Of a stretch of 64,000 nucleotides of DNA, positions 1 through 11,440 are shown piece after piece. Positions within the stretch are counted from its first letter, which is position 1; each line of letters opens with the position of its first letter. The stretch spans positions 53,630,001-53,694,000 of the forward strand of contig OZ336878.1 in the NCBI GenBank assembly GCA_965287045.1. The letters run 5' to 3'. The translations under genes and the position numbers were made by a program. The DNA comes from Carcharhinus amblyrhynchos. Its lineage: Eukaryota. The notes under the pieces are model-generated. The model was not told where the DNA came from. It worked only from the letters and a program-made list of their open reading frames with translations, and did no database searches.

Positions 1-750
1 GCAGCAGGCGATGGTGCAGAGGGACCTCGGGGTCCTTGTGCATGAGTCGCAAAAACCCAGCCTGCAGGTGCAGCAGGTGGTCAGGAAGGCGAATGGGATG
101 CTGGCTTTCATAGCAAGGGGGACTGAATATAAAAGTAGAGAGGTCTTGCTGCAGCTGTATAGGGCATTGGTGAGGCCGCAGCTGGAGTACTGTGTGCAGT
201 TTTGGTCGCCGCACTTACGCAAGGATATTTTGGCCTTGGGGGGAGTGCTAGGCTGAGGTTTACTAGGCTGATGCCGGAGTTGAGGGGGTTGAGCTATGAG
301 GAGAGGCTGAATAAACTAGGCTTGTACTCGTTAGAGTTTAGAAGAATGAGGGGAGATCTCATTGAGACATATAAGATGATGAATGGGATGGATAGGGTAG
401 AGGTGGAGAGACTCTTCCCACTCAGAAAGGACAGTAGGACTAGGGGGCACAGCCTCAAGATAAAGGGGGAGCGGTTTAGAATAGAGTTGAGGAGGAACTT
501 CTTCACTCAAAGGGTGGTGTATCTCTGGAATTCTCTGCCTGTTGAAGTGGTGGAGGCTGCCTCGCTAAATATTTTTCAGACGCGGGTTGATGGGTTTTTG
601 ATAAGCGAGGGGATTAAGGGTTATGGGGAGAGGGCAGGAATGTGGAACTGAGCCACGACAGATCAGCCATGATCTTATTGAATGGCGGGGCAGGCTCGAA
701 GGGCTAGACGGCCTACTCCTGATCCTATTTCTTATGTTCTTATGTTCTTA
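1..750 (+). mobile_element. CR1 LINE 3' end (young family A), cut by window edge
   Basis: ORFs 11-256/202-651 encode CR1 ORF2 C-terminus (LVRPQLEYCVQFWSP, RRMRGDLIETYK, FFTQRVVxLWNSLP); CR1 3'UTR and (TTCTTATG)n tail at ~728-750. Confidence 0.95.
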
Positions 751-970
751 TAAAGCAGCCAGGTTTGGTAGGATGAACATGGAGAGCTGGTTCATAGGCT
801 CGATGGTCCCTGAATTTGAACAAAACATGCAACAGCTATTCAAGCATCTCAGTTTTCCTAAAATCAGTAGGTTTAGGCTTTTTTTTCACTTCTCTTCTAT
901 TGCTTCCTGAATACTCTAATTAGTCTGCAATTTTTGAGTGCCTCATTCAATAGCTTTCCTCATTTGCTAA

Positions 971-1618
971 TCATAGAACCACACAGTGCAGAAGAGGCCG
1001 TTTGGTCCATCGAGTCTGCACTGACGTGTGACAAGCACCTGACTTCCCACCTAATCCCATTTACTAGCACTTGGCCATGTTATGACATGCCAAATGCTCA
1101 TCCAGGTACTTCTGTTTTATTCATTCATGGGACATGGGCATTGTTGGCTTGGCAGCATTTATTGCCCATCTCTAGTTGCACTTGGAGGGCTGTTGAGAGT
1201 CGACCACATTGCTGTAGCTCTGGAGTCACATATAGGTCAGATCAGGTAAGGAGGGCAGATTTCCTTCCCTAAAGGACATTAGTGAACCAGAAGGGTTTTT
1301 CTGACAATCAGCAATGGTTTCATGGTCATCAGTCAATTTTTATTTCCAGATATCTTTGATTGAATTCAAATTCCATCATCTGCAGTGGTGGGATTTGAAC
1401 CTGGCCCACAGAAGATTAGGTGAGCTTCAGGATTAATAGTCCAGTGATAATACACTCGGCCATTGCCTCCTCATACTTGCTAAAGGATGTGAGGCAACCC
1501 ACCCCTACCACCCTCCCAAGGAGTGTACCCCAGACCATCACAATCCTCTGAGTTATAAACATTTATTTTCACATCCCTTCTAAAGTTCCCACTCCTCACT
1601 TTGAACATTTGTCCCCTT
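971..1618 (-). mobile_element. Old CR1 3' fragment split by a SINE
   Basis: Reverse CR1 tail (catagaaccacacagtgcagaagaggcc...) at 971-1111 resumes at 1474 (tacttgctaaaggatgtgagg...). Confidence 0.7.
1112..1473 (-). mobile_element. tRNA-derived SINE (family S1), full length, TACTT target-site duplication
   Basis: Minus strand starts GGAGGCAATGGCCGAGTG (A-box-like), has GGTTCAAATCCC (B box), body AAAAACCCTTCTGGTTCACTAATGTCCTTTAGGGAAGGAAATCTGCC and tail GGGCAATAAATGCTG...ATGAATGAATAAAA; TACTT at 1107-1111 and 1474-1478. Confidence 0.85.
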
Positions 1619-1619
1619 T

Positions 1620-1892
1620 GCAGCCGGTAGTGGAATTTGAATTCAATAAAAAATATCTGGAATTAAGAATCTATTGATGACCATGAAACCATTGTTGTTT
1701 ATCAGAAAAACCCATCTGGTTCACTAATGTTCTTTCAGGAAGGAAATCTGCCATCCTTACCTGGTATGTCATACATGTGACTCTAGAGCCACAGCAATGT
1801 GGTTGACTCTCAACAGCCCTTGGGCAACTAGGTATGGGCAATAAATGATTGCCAGCCAGTGATGCTCATGTTCTACGAACGAATAAAGAAAA
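1620..1892 (+). mobile_element. SINE family S1, 5'-truncated
   Basis: Same body and tail as 1112-1473 in opposite orientation. Confidence 0.85.
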
Positions 1893-4534
1893 GACCCTGC
1901 CATAGAAGGATCTTTTCCGTCACTTGGCGATTGGCCTGTAGTTGATTGGAGGCATGCCCAGGTCAGGGGCATAAAGCACATTAGAGACCTTTGCCTCAGA
2001 AGGGAGTGCCATAAAGCCACTGACGCCAGTTTTTCCTGAGGTCTTGCTTCAGTTGGGCCGCCGACCTCTTCCATTTCCATCTAAGAATTTGTGTCCTCAT
2101 CACCCTGAGGGACAGACAGTAGGGTCTACCTGGAGTTATTGCTCGATGCTTGCAGCGGTCATCCCCATAACTGGTAATGAGGCCTGCACTGGCACAGGCT
2201 CATTCCTCCTGAGATGGTCCAGGTGCTTCCTGAAAATTCTTGGACCTCATAAAACATGGGCCCTGTTTTTTGTTATAATTCCGGGTCCTAACTCAGGCTG
2301 TTCCCAAAGTTCTTCACGTGGATTGGACCACTGGTTTTGAACATTCATTCTGTCCTTGCTGAATCATAGTTCTTCTTCTTGTTCTCTTGTTGGTACTCCA
2401 CCCTACCTGCCAGGTTTGGAAACAATTGGCTTAATCTTGTCCAAAGCCTCCGTCTCATGAACAATTTCATTGGGACAATTGCTGTCATTGTGTCAGGGTA
2501 GTCTATAGCCAAATAAAAATCATGCCATAAAAGCAAATTACTGCGGATGCTGGAATCTGAAACCAAAAGAGAAAATGCTGGAAAATCTCAGCAGGTCTGG
2601 CAGTATCTGAATCTGTAAGTCGCACCCTGGAAACTAAAATGGAATACATATTCTCAGCTTGTACTCAGGACGCAGACCAGCTGCGAAACTCTGCCAAGCA
2701 GATGAGACGAAGAAATTACACTGCCTACATGCACACCAAGAACAGGAAACTTCAAAAACTCAGCATCACCACCAGCAACAACCAAGCCTCCCCTGGCACC
2801 ACAATAGAAAACAGCACTACCGCAGGGAGGTCCATTGTTAACTTGTCGGACTACACACTTCAACCAGATGAAATCGAAGTTCTCAGCCGAGGGCTCAATT
2901 TCTGCCCCACCACCAAAATGGACCCCATCAGTCTCACAGCACAGTCAGAGGAATTCATCAGGTGAGTGAGGCTGCAGGAGTTTTTCCACAAACCCCAAGA
3001 GGCCAACAGTGAACTCAATGAGACAGCCGATGAACCAGAACAGCCGACAGAGAGATCCGCAGTGCAGCAACCTAAGAGGAAGGAATCCAATTGGACTCCT
3101 CCGGGAGGCTGCTGCCCTCGACTGGACTTGTATGCCCAAACCATCAGGAGGTACGTTAACACCAGATTCATCAGCCGCACTCACAAGACAGCCCCGAACA
3201 TCACCCAAGCACAATGCAATGCCATCCACGCTCTCAAGACCAACTGCAACATTGTCATCAAATCAGCAGACAAAGGAGGGGCCATCGTCATACTGAACAG
3301 AACGGATTACTGTAAAGAAGTGTACCGACAACTAAACAATGAGGAACACTACAGACAGTTACCGGCAGATCTGACCAAAGAACACACTCGTCAACTCAAC
3401 TCTCTGATCAAGACCTTTGATCCGGACCTTCAGAGCACCCTCCTTGCTCTCATCCCATGTACTCCCCACATTGGAGATCTCTACTGCCTCCCAAAGATAC
3501 ACAAGGCAAACACACCCGGCCATCCCATTGTATCGGGCAACGGGACCCTGTGCAAGAACCTTTCTGGCTACGTCAAGGGCATCCTGAAACCCATTGTACA
3601 AAGAACCCCCAGCTTTTGTCGCGACACTACGGACTTCCTACAGAAACTCAGCACACATGGAGCAGTTGAACCAGGGACACTCCTCGTCACAATGGATGTC
3701 TTGGCGCTTTACACCAGCATCCCCCACAACGATGGCATTGCTGCAACTGCCTCAGTACTCAATGCTGACAACTGCCAGTTTCCAGATGCAATTTTACAAC
3801 TCATCTGCTTTATCCTGGAACACAATGTCTTCACCTTCAACAACCAGTTTTTCATCCAGACACATGGAACAGCCATGGGGACCAAATTTGCACCTCAATA
3901 TCTTCATCCACAGGTTCGAACAAGACTTCTTCACTGCACAGAATCTTCAACCGATGCGATACACTAGATACATCGATGACATTTTCTTCCTTTGGACTCA
4001 TGGTGAACAATCACTGAAACAACTATATGATGATATCAACAAGTTCCACCCCACCATCAGACTCACCCTGGACTATTCTCCAGAATCGGTTCATTCTTGG
4101 ACACACGCATCTCCATCAAGGATGGTCACCTCAGCACCTCACTGTACCGCAAGCCCACAGACAACTTCACAATGCTCCACTTCTCCAGCTTCCACCCTAA
4201 ACATGTTAAAGAAGCCATCCCCTATGGACAAGCCCTCCGTATACACAGGATTTGCTCAGATGAGGAGGATCATGACAGACACCTCCAGATGCTGAAAGAT
4301 GCCCTCATAAGAACAGGATATGGTGCTCGACTCACCGATCGATAGTTCCGATGCACCACAGCGAAAAACTGCACAGACCTCCTCAGAAGACAAACACGGG
4401 ACACGGTGGACAGAGTACCCTTCGTCGTCCAGTACTTCCCCAGAGCGGAGAAGCTATGATGTCTTCTCCAGAGTCTTCAACATATCATTGATGAAGACGA
4501 ACATCTCGCCAGGGCCATCCCCACACCCCCAGAC

Positions 4535-4782
4535 AACTTCTTCACTCAAAGGGTGGTGAATCTCTGGAATTCTCTGCCCGTTGAAGTGGTGGAGGCTGCC
4601 TTGCTAAATATATTTAAGATGCGGGTAGATAGGTTTTTGGTAGGCAAGGGGATTAAGGGTTATGGGGAGAAGGCGGGAAAGTGGAACTGAGCCACTTCAG
4701 ATCAGCCATGATCTTATTGAATGGCGGGGCAGGCTCGAAGGGCTAGATGGCCTACTCCTGCTCCTATTTCTTATGTTCTTAT
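4535..4782 (+). mobile_element. CR1 family A 3' fragment inserted in Penelope ORF
   Basis: Near-identical to 497-750 and 31369-31620; ends in TTCTTATGTTCTTAT. Confidence 0.95.
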
Positions 4783-5494
4783 CGAAACCTCAAACAAACC
4801 ATTGTTCGTGGCAAACTACCCATCCTTCAGGAGAACAGTGACCATAATACCACACATCCCTGCCACAGCAACCTCTGCAAGACATGCCGGATCATCGACA
4901 TAGATGACATCATCATACGTGAGAATACCATCCACCAGGTACACGGTACATACTCTTGCAACTCGGCCAACGTTGTCTACCTGATACATTGCAAGAAAGG
5001 ATGTCCCGAAGCATGGTACATTGGGGAGACCATGCAGACGCTACGACAACGGATAAATGAACATTGCTCGACAATCACCAGGCAAGACTGTTCCCTTCCT
5101 GTTGGCGAACACTTCAGTGGTCACGGGCATTCAGCCTCTGACCTTCAGGTAAGCATTCTCCAGGGAGGCCTTCATGACACACGACTGCGCAGAGTCACTG
5201 AGCAGAGACTGATAGCCAAGTTCCGCACACGTGAGGACGGTCTCAACAGGGATCTTGGGTTCATGTCGCACTATCTGTAACCCCCGTGACTTGCCTGGGT
5301 TTGCAAAACCTCACTTACTGTATTGTCTGGAGACAATACACATCTCTTTTACCTGTGATCAGTGCTCCTTCCACTCACATTATCAGCCACTTTAAGACTT
5401 GAATAGCAGGTTAGGTATAAGGATTCGCATTCTAATCAGTAATCTGTAAACTGTCTGTGCTTTATATGCTCTGTCTGAGGCCAGGACTCTCCAT

Positions 5495-5532
5495 TCACCT
5501 GACAAAGAGGGAAACCTCGAAAGCTTGTGAGT
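5495..5532 (+). ncRNA. Minimal type I hammerhead ribozyme motif in Penelope 3' pseudo-LTR (core variant CUGACAA)
   Basis: TTCAC-CTGACAA-A-GAGG(GAAA)CCTC-GAAA-GCTT-GTGAG: stem I, core, stem II, GAAA, palindromic AGCT stem III. Confidence 0.7.
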
Positions 5533-6690
5533 TTACTATCAACTAAATCGGTTGGACTTAAACCTGGTGTTGTCAGACTTCTTACAGTATCTGCAAGGAC
5601 AGAAAAGAGCTGACATTTCAAATCCAGACGAGCCTTTGTCAAAGCTTTGACAAAGGCTCATCTGAACTCAAAATGTCAGTTCTTTTCTCTCCTGGATGCT
5701 GCCAGACCTGCTGAGGTTTTCCAGCATTTTCTATTTTGGTTTAAAATCTGTACCAGTTTGGTCTCTGTGGAATCTGTGGGTTGCTTCTTGATGCCGCGTT
5801 TAAAGGTCTGCACCATTCTTTGAGCCAACTCATTCGGTGCTATCCTAATGTGTTTAATTCCATTGGAAAGCATGAAGGCCTGAAAGTTGGTGCTTGTAAA
5901 GGCAGTACCATTGTCAGAAACTAGGACTTCAGGAATACTGTGTAGAAACTTTTTTGTAGTTTCTTAATGGTAGCATGGGAAGTGGTGGAGCTCATGCGAT
6001 GTATCTTCAACCATTTGGAATGCACATTAACCATATTTAAGAACATGTAGCCAATAAAAGGTCCGGCGAAGTCCGCTTGCACTCACACCCGGGGCCACTC
6101 CCATAGATGTAGGGAGGCTGAGGGGAGAATTTTTGATTCTCTTAGCACAACTCACCCTGTCTGACCAAGTCGGTAATATTTGCATCAACACTAGGCCATC
6201 ATATGTAGCTCCTGGCTAGCATCTTCATCTTCAAAATCTCAGGGTGGCCATGGTGTAGTTCCATAAGTATCAGATGTCATCCTGGAAGAGGGAACCCCAG
6301 AAGATGATGCCCTCCTCAACCCTGAGCTCATCTTTCTTTGTCAAATGAAGTGTCATTTTATCTGAGGACTGTCCTCTGAATCCCTCTTGCAATATTATTT
6401 GTTTTAATTTAGATAGGACTGGACTCTTTTGCATCCAGACCATGATTTGTCTTACTGGCACTGGCAAGATGTTTCAAAAATTGAGGGTCATCGCAACTTC
6501 TTCCACAGCTGGTGGTGAAGTCAGGGTTACAGGCAACGGCAGACCACTCAGTGTGTCAGCATTAGCTATCAGGGTCCTGGGGCTCCAGAAGATACTCCTC
6601 CAGGAGATATCCGTAAGCTGCCAGTAACAAGGCTCAATGCTGTATCTGAGTGGAGACAATGGAGGGGTATCACCTTGTCTTCTTCAAAAT

Positions 6691-7035
6691 GGATGGCATG
6701 GTAGCACAGTGGTTAACAATGCTGCTTCACAGATCCAGGGACAGGATTTGATTCCCGGCTTGGGTCACTGTCTTTCTGGAGTTTGCACATTCTCCTCGTG
6801 TCTGTGTGGGTTTCCTCTGGGTGCTCTGGTTTCCTCCCACAGTCCAAAGATGTGCGGGTTAGGTTGATTGACCATGCTAAAAATTGCCCCTTAGTGTCCT
6901 GAGATGCATAGGTTAGAGGGGTTAGTGGGTAAATATGTAGGGGTATGGGGGTAGGCCTGGATAGGATTGTGGTCGGTACAGATTCAATGGACAAAATGGC
7001 CTCTTTCTGCACTGTAGGGGTTCTATGATTCTATG
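6691..7035 (+). mobile_element. HE1-type V-SINE inserted in Gypsy pol
   Basis: tRNA head GGCATGGTAGCACAGTGGTTA, V-domain GGAGTTTGCACATTCTCCTCGTGTCTGTGTGGGTTTCCTC..TTTCCTCCCACAGTCCAAAGATG, CR1-like tail TTCTATGATTCTATG. Confidence 0.9.
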
Positions 7036-9475
7036 TCCCAGCAATAGTGATGATGATGAAGCATCTACCATTGACAAATTGACACAATTATTTAATGCTG
7101 AAAATAAGAGCCAGCTGCTCTTTCTCAATCTAGGGATATCTCCGTTCAGTGTCTGAGAGGGTCCCAGATGTGTATGCAATATGCTTCTCTGTTCCATCTT
7201 TCCAGTGGTATGCCAGTACCTCCCCAACCCTGTAAGAGAAGGCATCGTACATCAGGATAAGGTCCTTTTCAAGGTCAAATGGGCCAATAAAGTTGCTGTT
7301 TTACATTGTTGAATGCGTCCAGCAGCAGCATCTCCCAAATTCAGAATGAACTTCCTGTAATAATTCACTAACCCCACGAAAGATTTCAGCTCCATGGGTT
7401 CTTTGGAGTCAACAGGTCCTTATTGGCACTCACCTTGTCTGCACCAAAATGAAAGCCCTTGCCCTCCACCCGATAGTCTAAATAGTCACGGCACTTGCTT
7501 GGAAGGCATATTTTTCTTTTTTCAAGCATACCCTGACCTCCAAAAGTTGCTGTAAGACCTTTTCCAGGTTTGCTAGGTGTTCACTTTCCGAAGTTCCTGT
7601 GACTAAGACATCATCCAGGCACATTGCTACCTCAAATAACCCTTGAGTATGTTCTCCATGACACGTTGAAAAATGGTGCATGTGAATGAGACCTGAAGAC
7701 AGACGAGTATACTCACATCGGCCTTTGTGCATATTAACCGTCATATACTTCCAGGAAAGCTCGTTCAATTCAAATTGGATAAATGCATGGCTCATGTCCA
7801 ACTTAGAAAATGCTTGACCACCAGTTAATATAGCTTACAGGTCTTCAATCCAGGGCATGGGTTATCTGTCAGTCAGAAACCCTACAGGGAGCAAGCTTAT
7901 AGTCTCCACAAAGTTGGACCAACTTATCCGGCTTAGGGACAGGAACAACAGATATGGCCACTCTGCGAATTGTACAGGTCTTGTTATATCCAGCTGTTCA
8001 AGTTCCAGCTGTACTTTTCCAATTGGCAGAATGGAACAGGTCTCATTCTCAAATACTTAGGCATAGCATTGGGGTTGATGTAGATTTTAGCTTTGGCTCC
8101 CATTATTTTTCCACGCTCTTCCTGGAAGACTTCAGGATACTTATTGATGACTTCGTACAGGCCCCCCTGGCCTAACCTAACGATCTCCAGCCAGTTCAGT
8201 CTAGTGTGTTGGAATCAATCTCTTCCCATAAGGCTAGATCCTTGTCCCTGTACAATGATGAGTGGAAGCTGAGCTGACTGCTACCTGTAAGTCATTGTGG
8301 TTCCTTTATTTGTAATGGTTCTCCTGTGTAGGTGGTCAGCCTAGCCTTAGTGTCTTCTAAGCTCAGAAGCCAAATGCCAGCCTGAAGGGGATCGTAAGTC
8401 TGCTCCCCAGTGATGGAGAACACATCCCCCTTTTCACTTCTATTTTTAATGGATGGCTATTTACTATCAACTCCACCATTATGGGCAACATTTTGCAGTG
8501 GAGATGCAATTTAATTGCATTGTCCCTGTTCCTGATAGTGGGCATAACTGCAAGGTATGGTCCAGTGCTGGCCTTGGCCTCTTTTCAAAAATAGCAGGCA
8601 CTTTGACTGTCTCAATACTTTTGCATGGTTGTGGTTTTCTGCAGCACTTGCAATAGTCTACCATCTGGCATTTACAATCTTCTGGAATATGGTCCCTAGG
8701 AATCTGAAGGCTATCCCTGCCTTCCTCGGCTGCCTGTTGTTGTGACTTTGGTTCTGCCATTTGTGTGATATTTTGTTAATACTATTGCTTTCAGTTGAGG
8801 GATGGATGTTGCATGAGACCCCTCCCTCCCAATCACAGGTCACTGCTGTCTGATGTCCCCTGTAGTTCCTAAGATCCTTTCTCTGTCTTCTCCAATGATA
8901 GAGCTATCGCAATGGCCTTCTTTAGATCCAAATTGTGCTCTGCCACACTGGGGGCTGTCACATTTTTCATTCCACAGAAAAGTCTATCTTGCAACATATC
9001 GCTTAGGGGTGGCCCGAATATACAGTGCCCTGCCAGTTTTCATAGCCTGGTCAGAAATTCTTTGGCATATTCCCCAGGGGTTCATTCTGCCATGTTAAGG
9101 TGGAATTGCTGGAATATTATGGAAAGTTTCGGGTCATAATAGCTTTTAACCAAGTCCACCAGTTGATTAAAGGTTTTGGAGTAAGGAGCATCTGGTAGGT
9201 CAGTCTTTTTATTGCACTGAAGGATGGGACCCTGCATACCGTCAACAGGATCGCTTTTTGCTTCTCGTTCCTCCTCGATATTGTTAGCCAAATAAAAATA
9301 ATGCATCTGCTCTGCATATTGGGCCCAGTCTTATATGCTTCACATTTACCAAAAAGAGGCATTTTTCTTACCAAAGGATTAGTTTTCTCAACAATAAAGG
9401 TTGACCAGATGGAAAAAAAACTTGTTTTCGTCTTTGTTGGCAATCTTGCCAAGGCTGGTCTTTGCCATCACCATT

Positions 9476-9696
9476 TGTTTACAATGTGTGTAAAGTGCCG
9501 TCTGGTGGATACAGTGTACAGACCAGGCCCTGGAATCTATCATCTGCCAGCCTGAGTGCAACCAACTGGTTTTAAACCCCCACCTGCCCCACTACTCCTT
9601 ACTTATTGGGTGAGCCTCCACTTGTTTAATCAGGGACCTCATATTCTATGAGGCCCAAAGGGAGATCTATGATGATCTCCCATGGCCATCATAACA
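9476..9696 (-). repeat. 5' LTR of the Gypsy element with adjacent PBS-like site
   Basis: Minus strand begins TGTTATG at 9696, ends ..AAACA, followed by TGGTGATGG (9465-9473) upstream of gag. Confidence 0.6.
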
Positions 9697-9939
9697 CTGC
9701 CCACTGTCTGTTTATTTATAAAAAATTTACTTAAGCAACTCTACTTTAAATACATGCCTTTCAGTCCTTTCAAGTCTCCAAACTCACAACCAATCTTCTC
9801 TTATCACAGGAATTAAAACCAAACCAGACTGGGTACTCACCCAATGTTCATACTTGCCTCCACAGTTACTGGTTTGCAATCCGTGGCTAATTTTAATTCA
9901 ATTTCCTAACCTGGATACTGTTATTGTCCCCCCGAGATA

Positions 9940-10305
9940 AGCAGGAGGATAGAAGATGGTCATTTTGAAACATATAAGATCCTGAAAGGACTTGACAGGG
10001 TGGATCTGAGAGGATGTTTCCCCTTGTGGGAGAGGCTAGACCTAGGGAAGACAGTTTAAAAATAAGGATTCTCCCATTTATGGCAGAGATGAGATTCTTT
10101 TTTCTCAGAGTTGTGCGTCAGTGGAACCGTCTTCCTTAGGGAGAAGTGGAGGATGTGTCATTGAATATTTTTAAGGCTGAGTTGAATAGATTCTGGATTG
10201 ACAGTCAAAAGGCATATCGGATAGAAAGGAAAGTGGATTTGAGGCCATAATCAGATCAGTCATGATCTTACTAAATGGTGGAGCAGGCCCGAGAGGCCGC
10301 ATGGA
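9940..10305 (+). mobile_element. Old CR1 3' fragment
   Basis: gaaacatataagatcctgaaaggacttgacagggtggat...gatcagtcatgatcttactaaatggtggagcaggc. Confidence 0.8.
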
Positions 10306-11154
10306 ACCAGCGATAGTCTATGCCAGGTCAAACCTGAGGGGAACAGGAGCCTGAAGACACCTAGCAAGGTAAATCTTAAGTCAGTATTTCTTCATTCTTT
10401 CTGGTTTAGGAGGAGCAGGAATGTTTCTTCAGGTACCGCAAATAAACCACTGTTCAAGAGTCTCCCCACCACCCTTCACCCAACAGGGATTCCTTTCCTC
10501 TGCAGTTACAACATACATTAGATGTTGGCCATGGTCAAGGGTCGAAGTACTGCCACCTGATTTTAATGTCTTAAAGTTTCACCCCTATTGACCATCTGAC
10601 CGTTGTGACAGGGAAGTGAGCATGTTGCAGGTGAATGAAGCCTGCTCCTTGAAATGATTGCCTATTGCCAATTCCGAAAGGGCACACTGCTTGCTTTACA
10701 AGATTCCCATCCAGAATTTAAAAATTAAACCTATTTAAGCTGATACCAGATGTATACAAGAATAAGTGTACTGCACTACTGCAGTACACTACTGCAGGAA
10801 GTCACCCATTTTGCCTCTCTGTCTTTCTCCTTCTCTGTATCCCCCAGCCCACTCCTACATTTAGAAACATCTCCAATTGCACTTACCAAGTGGTTTCAAT
10901 CATAAACCTGCTTTTGGAGCTCCATCATTTTGCACTATCCAAAGGGGAGATAATAATGTGGAAAGCTTTGGGCCATATAATCAAGTGAAGCCATATTTTG
11001 TAGGATCTAATTGATTTTGAAAAACTAAGCCTGGATTGTGGCATTTGCCAATGATTAACTCTGGCAAGTAACAGGCTTACAAGTCACATTAGATTGGCTA
11101 GCAGTATTAGGAAGCAAAACATGTATTGAAACTTTATAGGTCATAGATCAAGTG

Positions 11155-11440
11155 TTTAGCCATCTTGATGGTTCAGCTGGTAAATTCACTATCTGAAGTT
11201 GGGTTATAACATTGGAAAGCCCAACTTTAGTACTTTGCCTATGCTGAGTTAGCTGATCTCAGGCAAAAGGGCACTTTGGACTCTGCAATAATCTCAAATG
11301 TTATGGGGATAGGGAAAGGAAAAATGAATCTAGGTCCCTGTGTCTGATCCTTAACAGCAGCCATGACTAAAAATTACATGTGCCTCTTTGGACCTTGGCA
11401 TTGGTGCATGGAGAAGGCTTAGCATGATTTTGCAAGGAAA
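11155..11440 (+). mobile_element. Ancient tRNA-derived SINE remnant
   Basis: gatggttcagctggtaaa head and tgctgagttagctgatctcag motif; a related diverged copy appears inverted at ~26360-26625. Confidence 0.5.

Larger units (their letters stand above)
2610..5584 (+). mobile_element. Penelope-like retroelement (family B), RT plus GIY-YIG endonuclease, disrupted
   Basis: LSRGLNFCP, IVIKSADKGG, YCLPKIHK, DVxALYTSIP, GTAMGT, RYIDDIF, YRKPTD, NVVYLIHC..WYIGET..RINEH; premature stops (2963, 4343), frameshifts (~3900, ~4095); 9-bp TSD CAGTATCTG at 2601-2609 and 5585-5593. Confidence 0.95.
2527..5742. mobile_element. Palindromic element made of two head-to-head Penelope pseudo-LTR halves (family A); split by the 2610-5584 insertion
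   Basis: 2527-2609 joined to 5594-5742 gives an inverted repeat centred on AAAG|CTTT (5644/5645); perfect 30-bp core palindrome 5630-5659; the same sequence forms the 5' end of the PLE at 14945-15093. Confidence 0.85.
1893..9696 (-). mobile_element. Ty3/Gypsy LTR retrotransposon, decayed, interrupted by nested insertions; 3' LTR not seen
   Basis: Minus-strand order gag (MPLFGK from 9362; ILLTVC; YYDPKLSIIFQQF), protease-like (VNSHPLKIEV), RT (CLDDVLVTG), RNase H, integrase (HHGHP..KMKMLARSY..WP; DFAGPF; VLVSDNGTAFTS; NELAQRMVQTFKRG), and integrase C-terminus (RRLWTRLSQLFPNLAGRVEYQQ) resuming left of 2520. Confidence 0.9.

Noticed and set aside
2966-4345. Intact RT gene, retron or telomerase-like gene
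   Set aside because: It is the Penelope RT, broken by stops, frameshifts and a CR1 insertion
6691-6770. tRNA gene
   Set aside because: tRNA-like head continues into a V-SINE body and tail; same for 25490-25562, 1380-1470 and 44991-45070
10767-10800. Small hairpin/duplication GTGTACTGCACTACTGCAGTACAC
   Set aside because: Too short; compatible with local slippage
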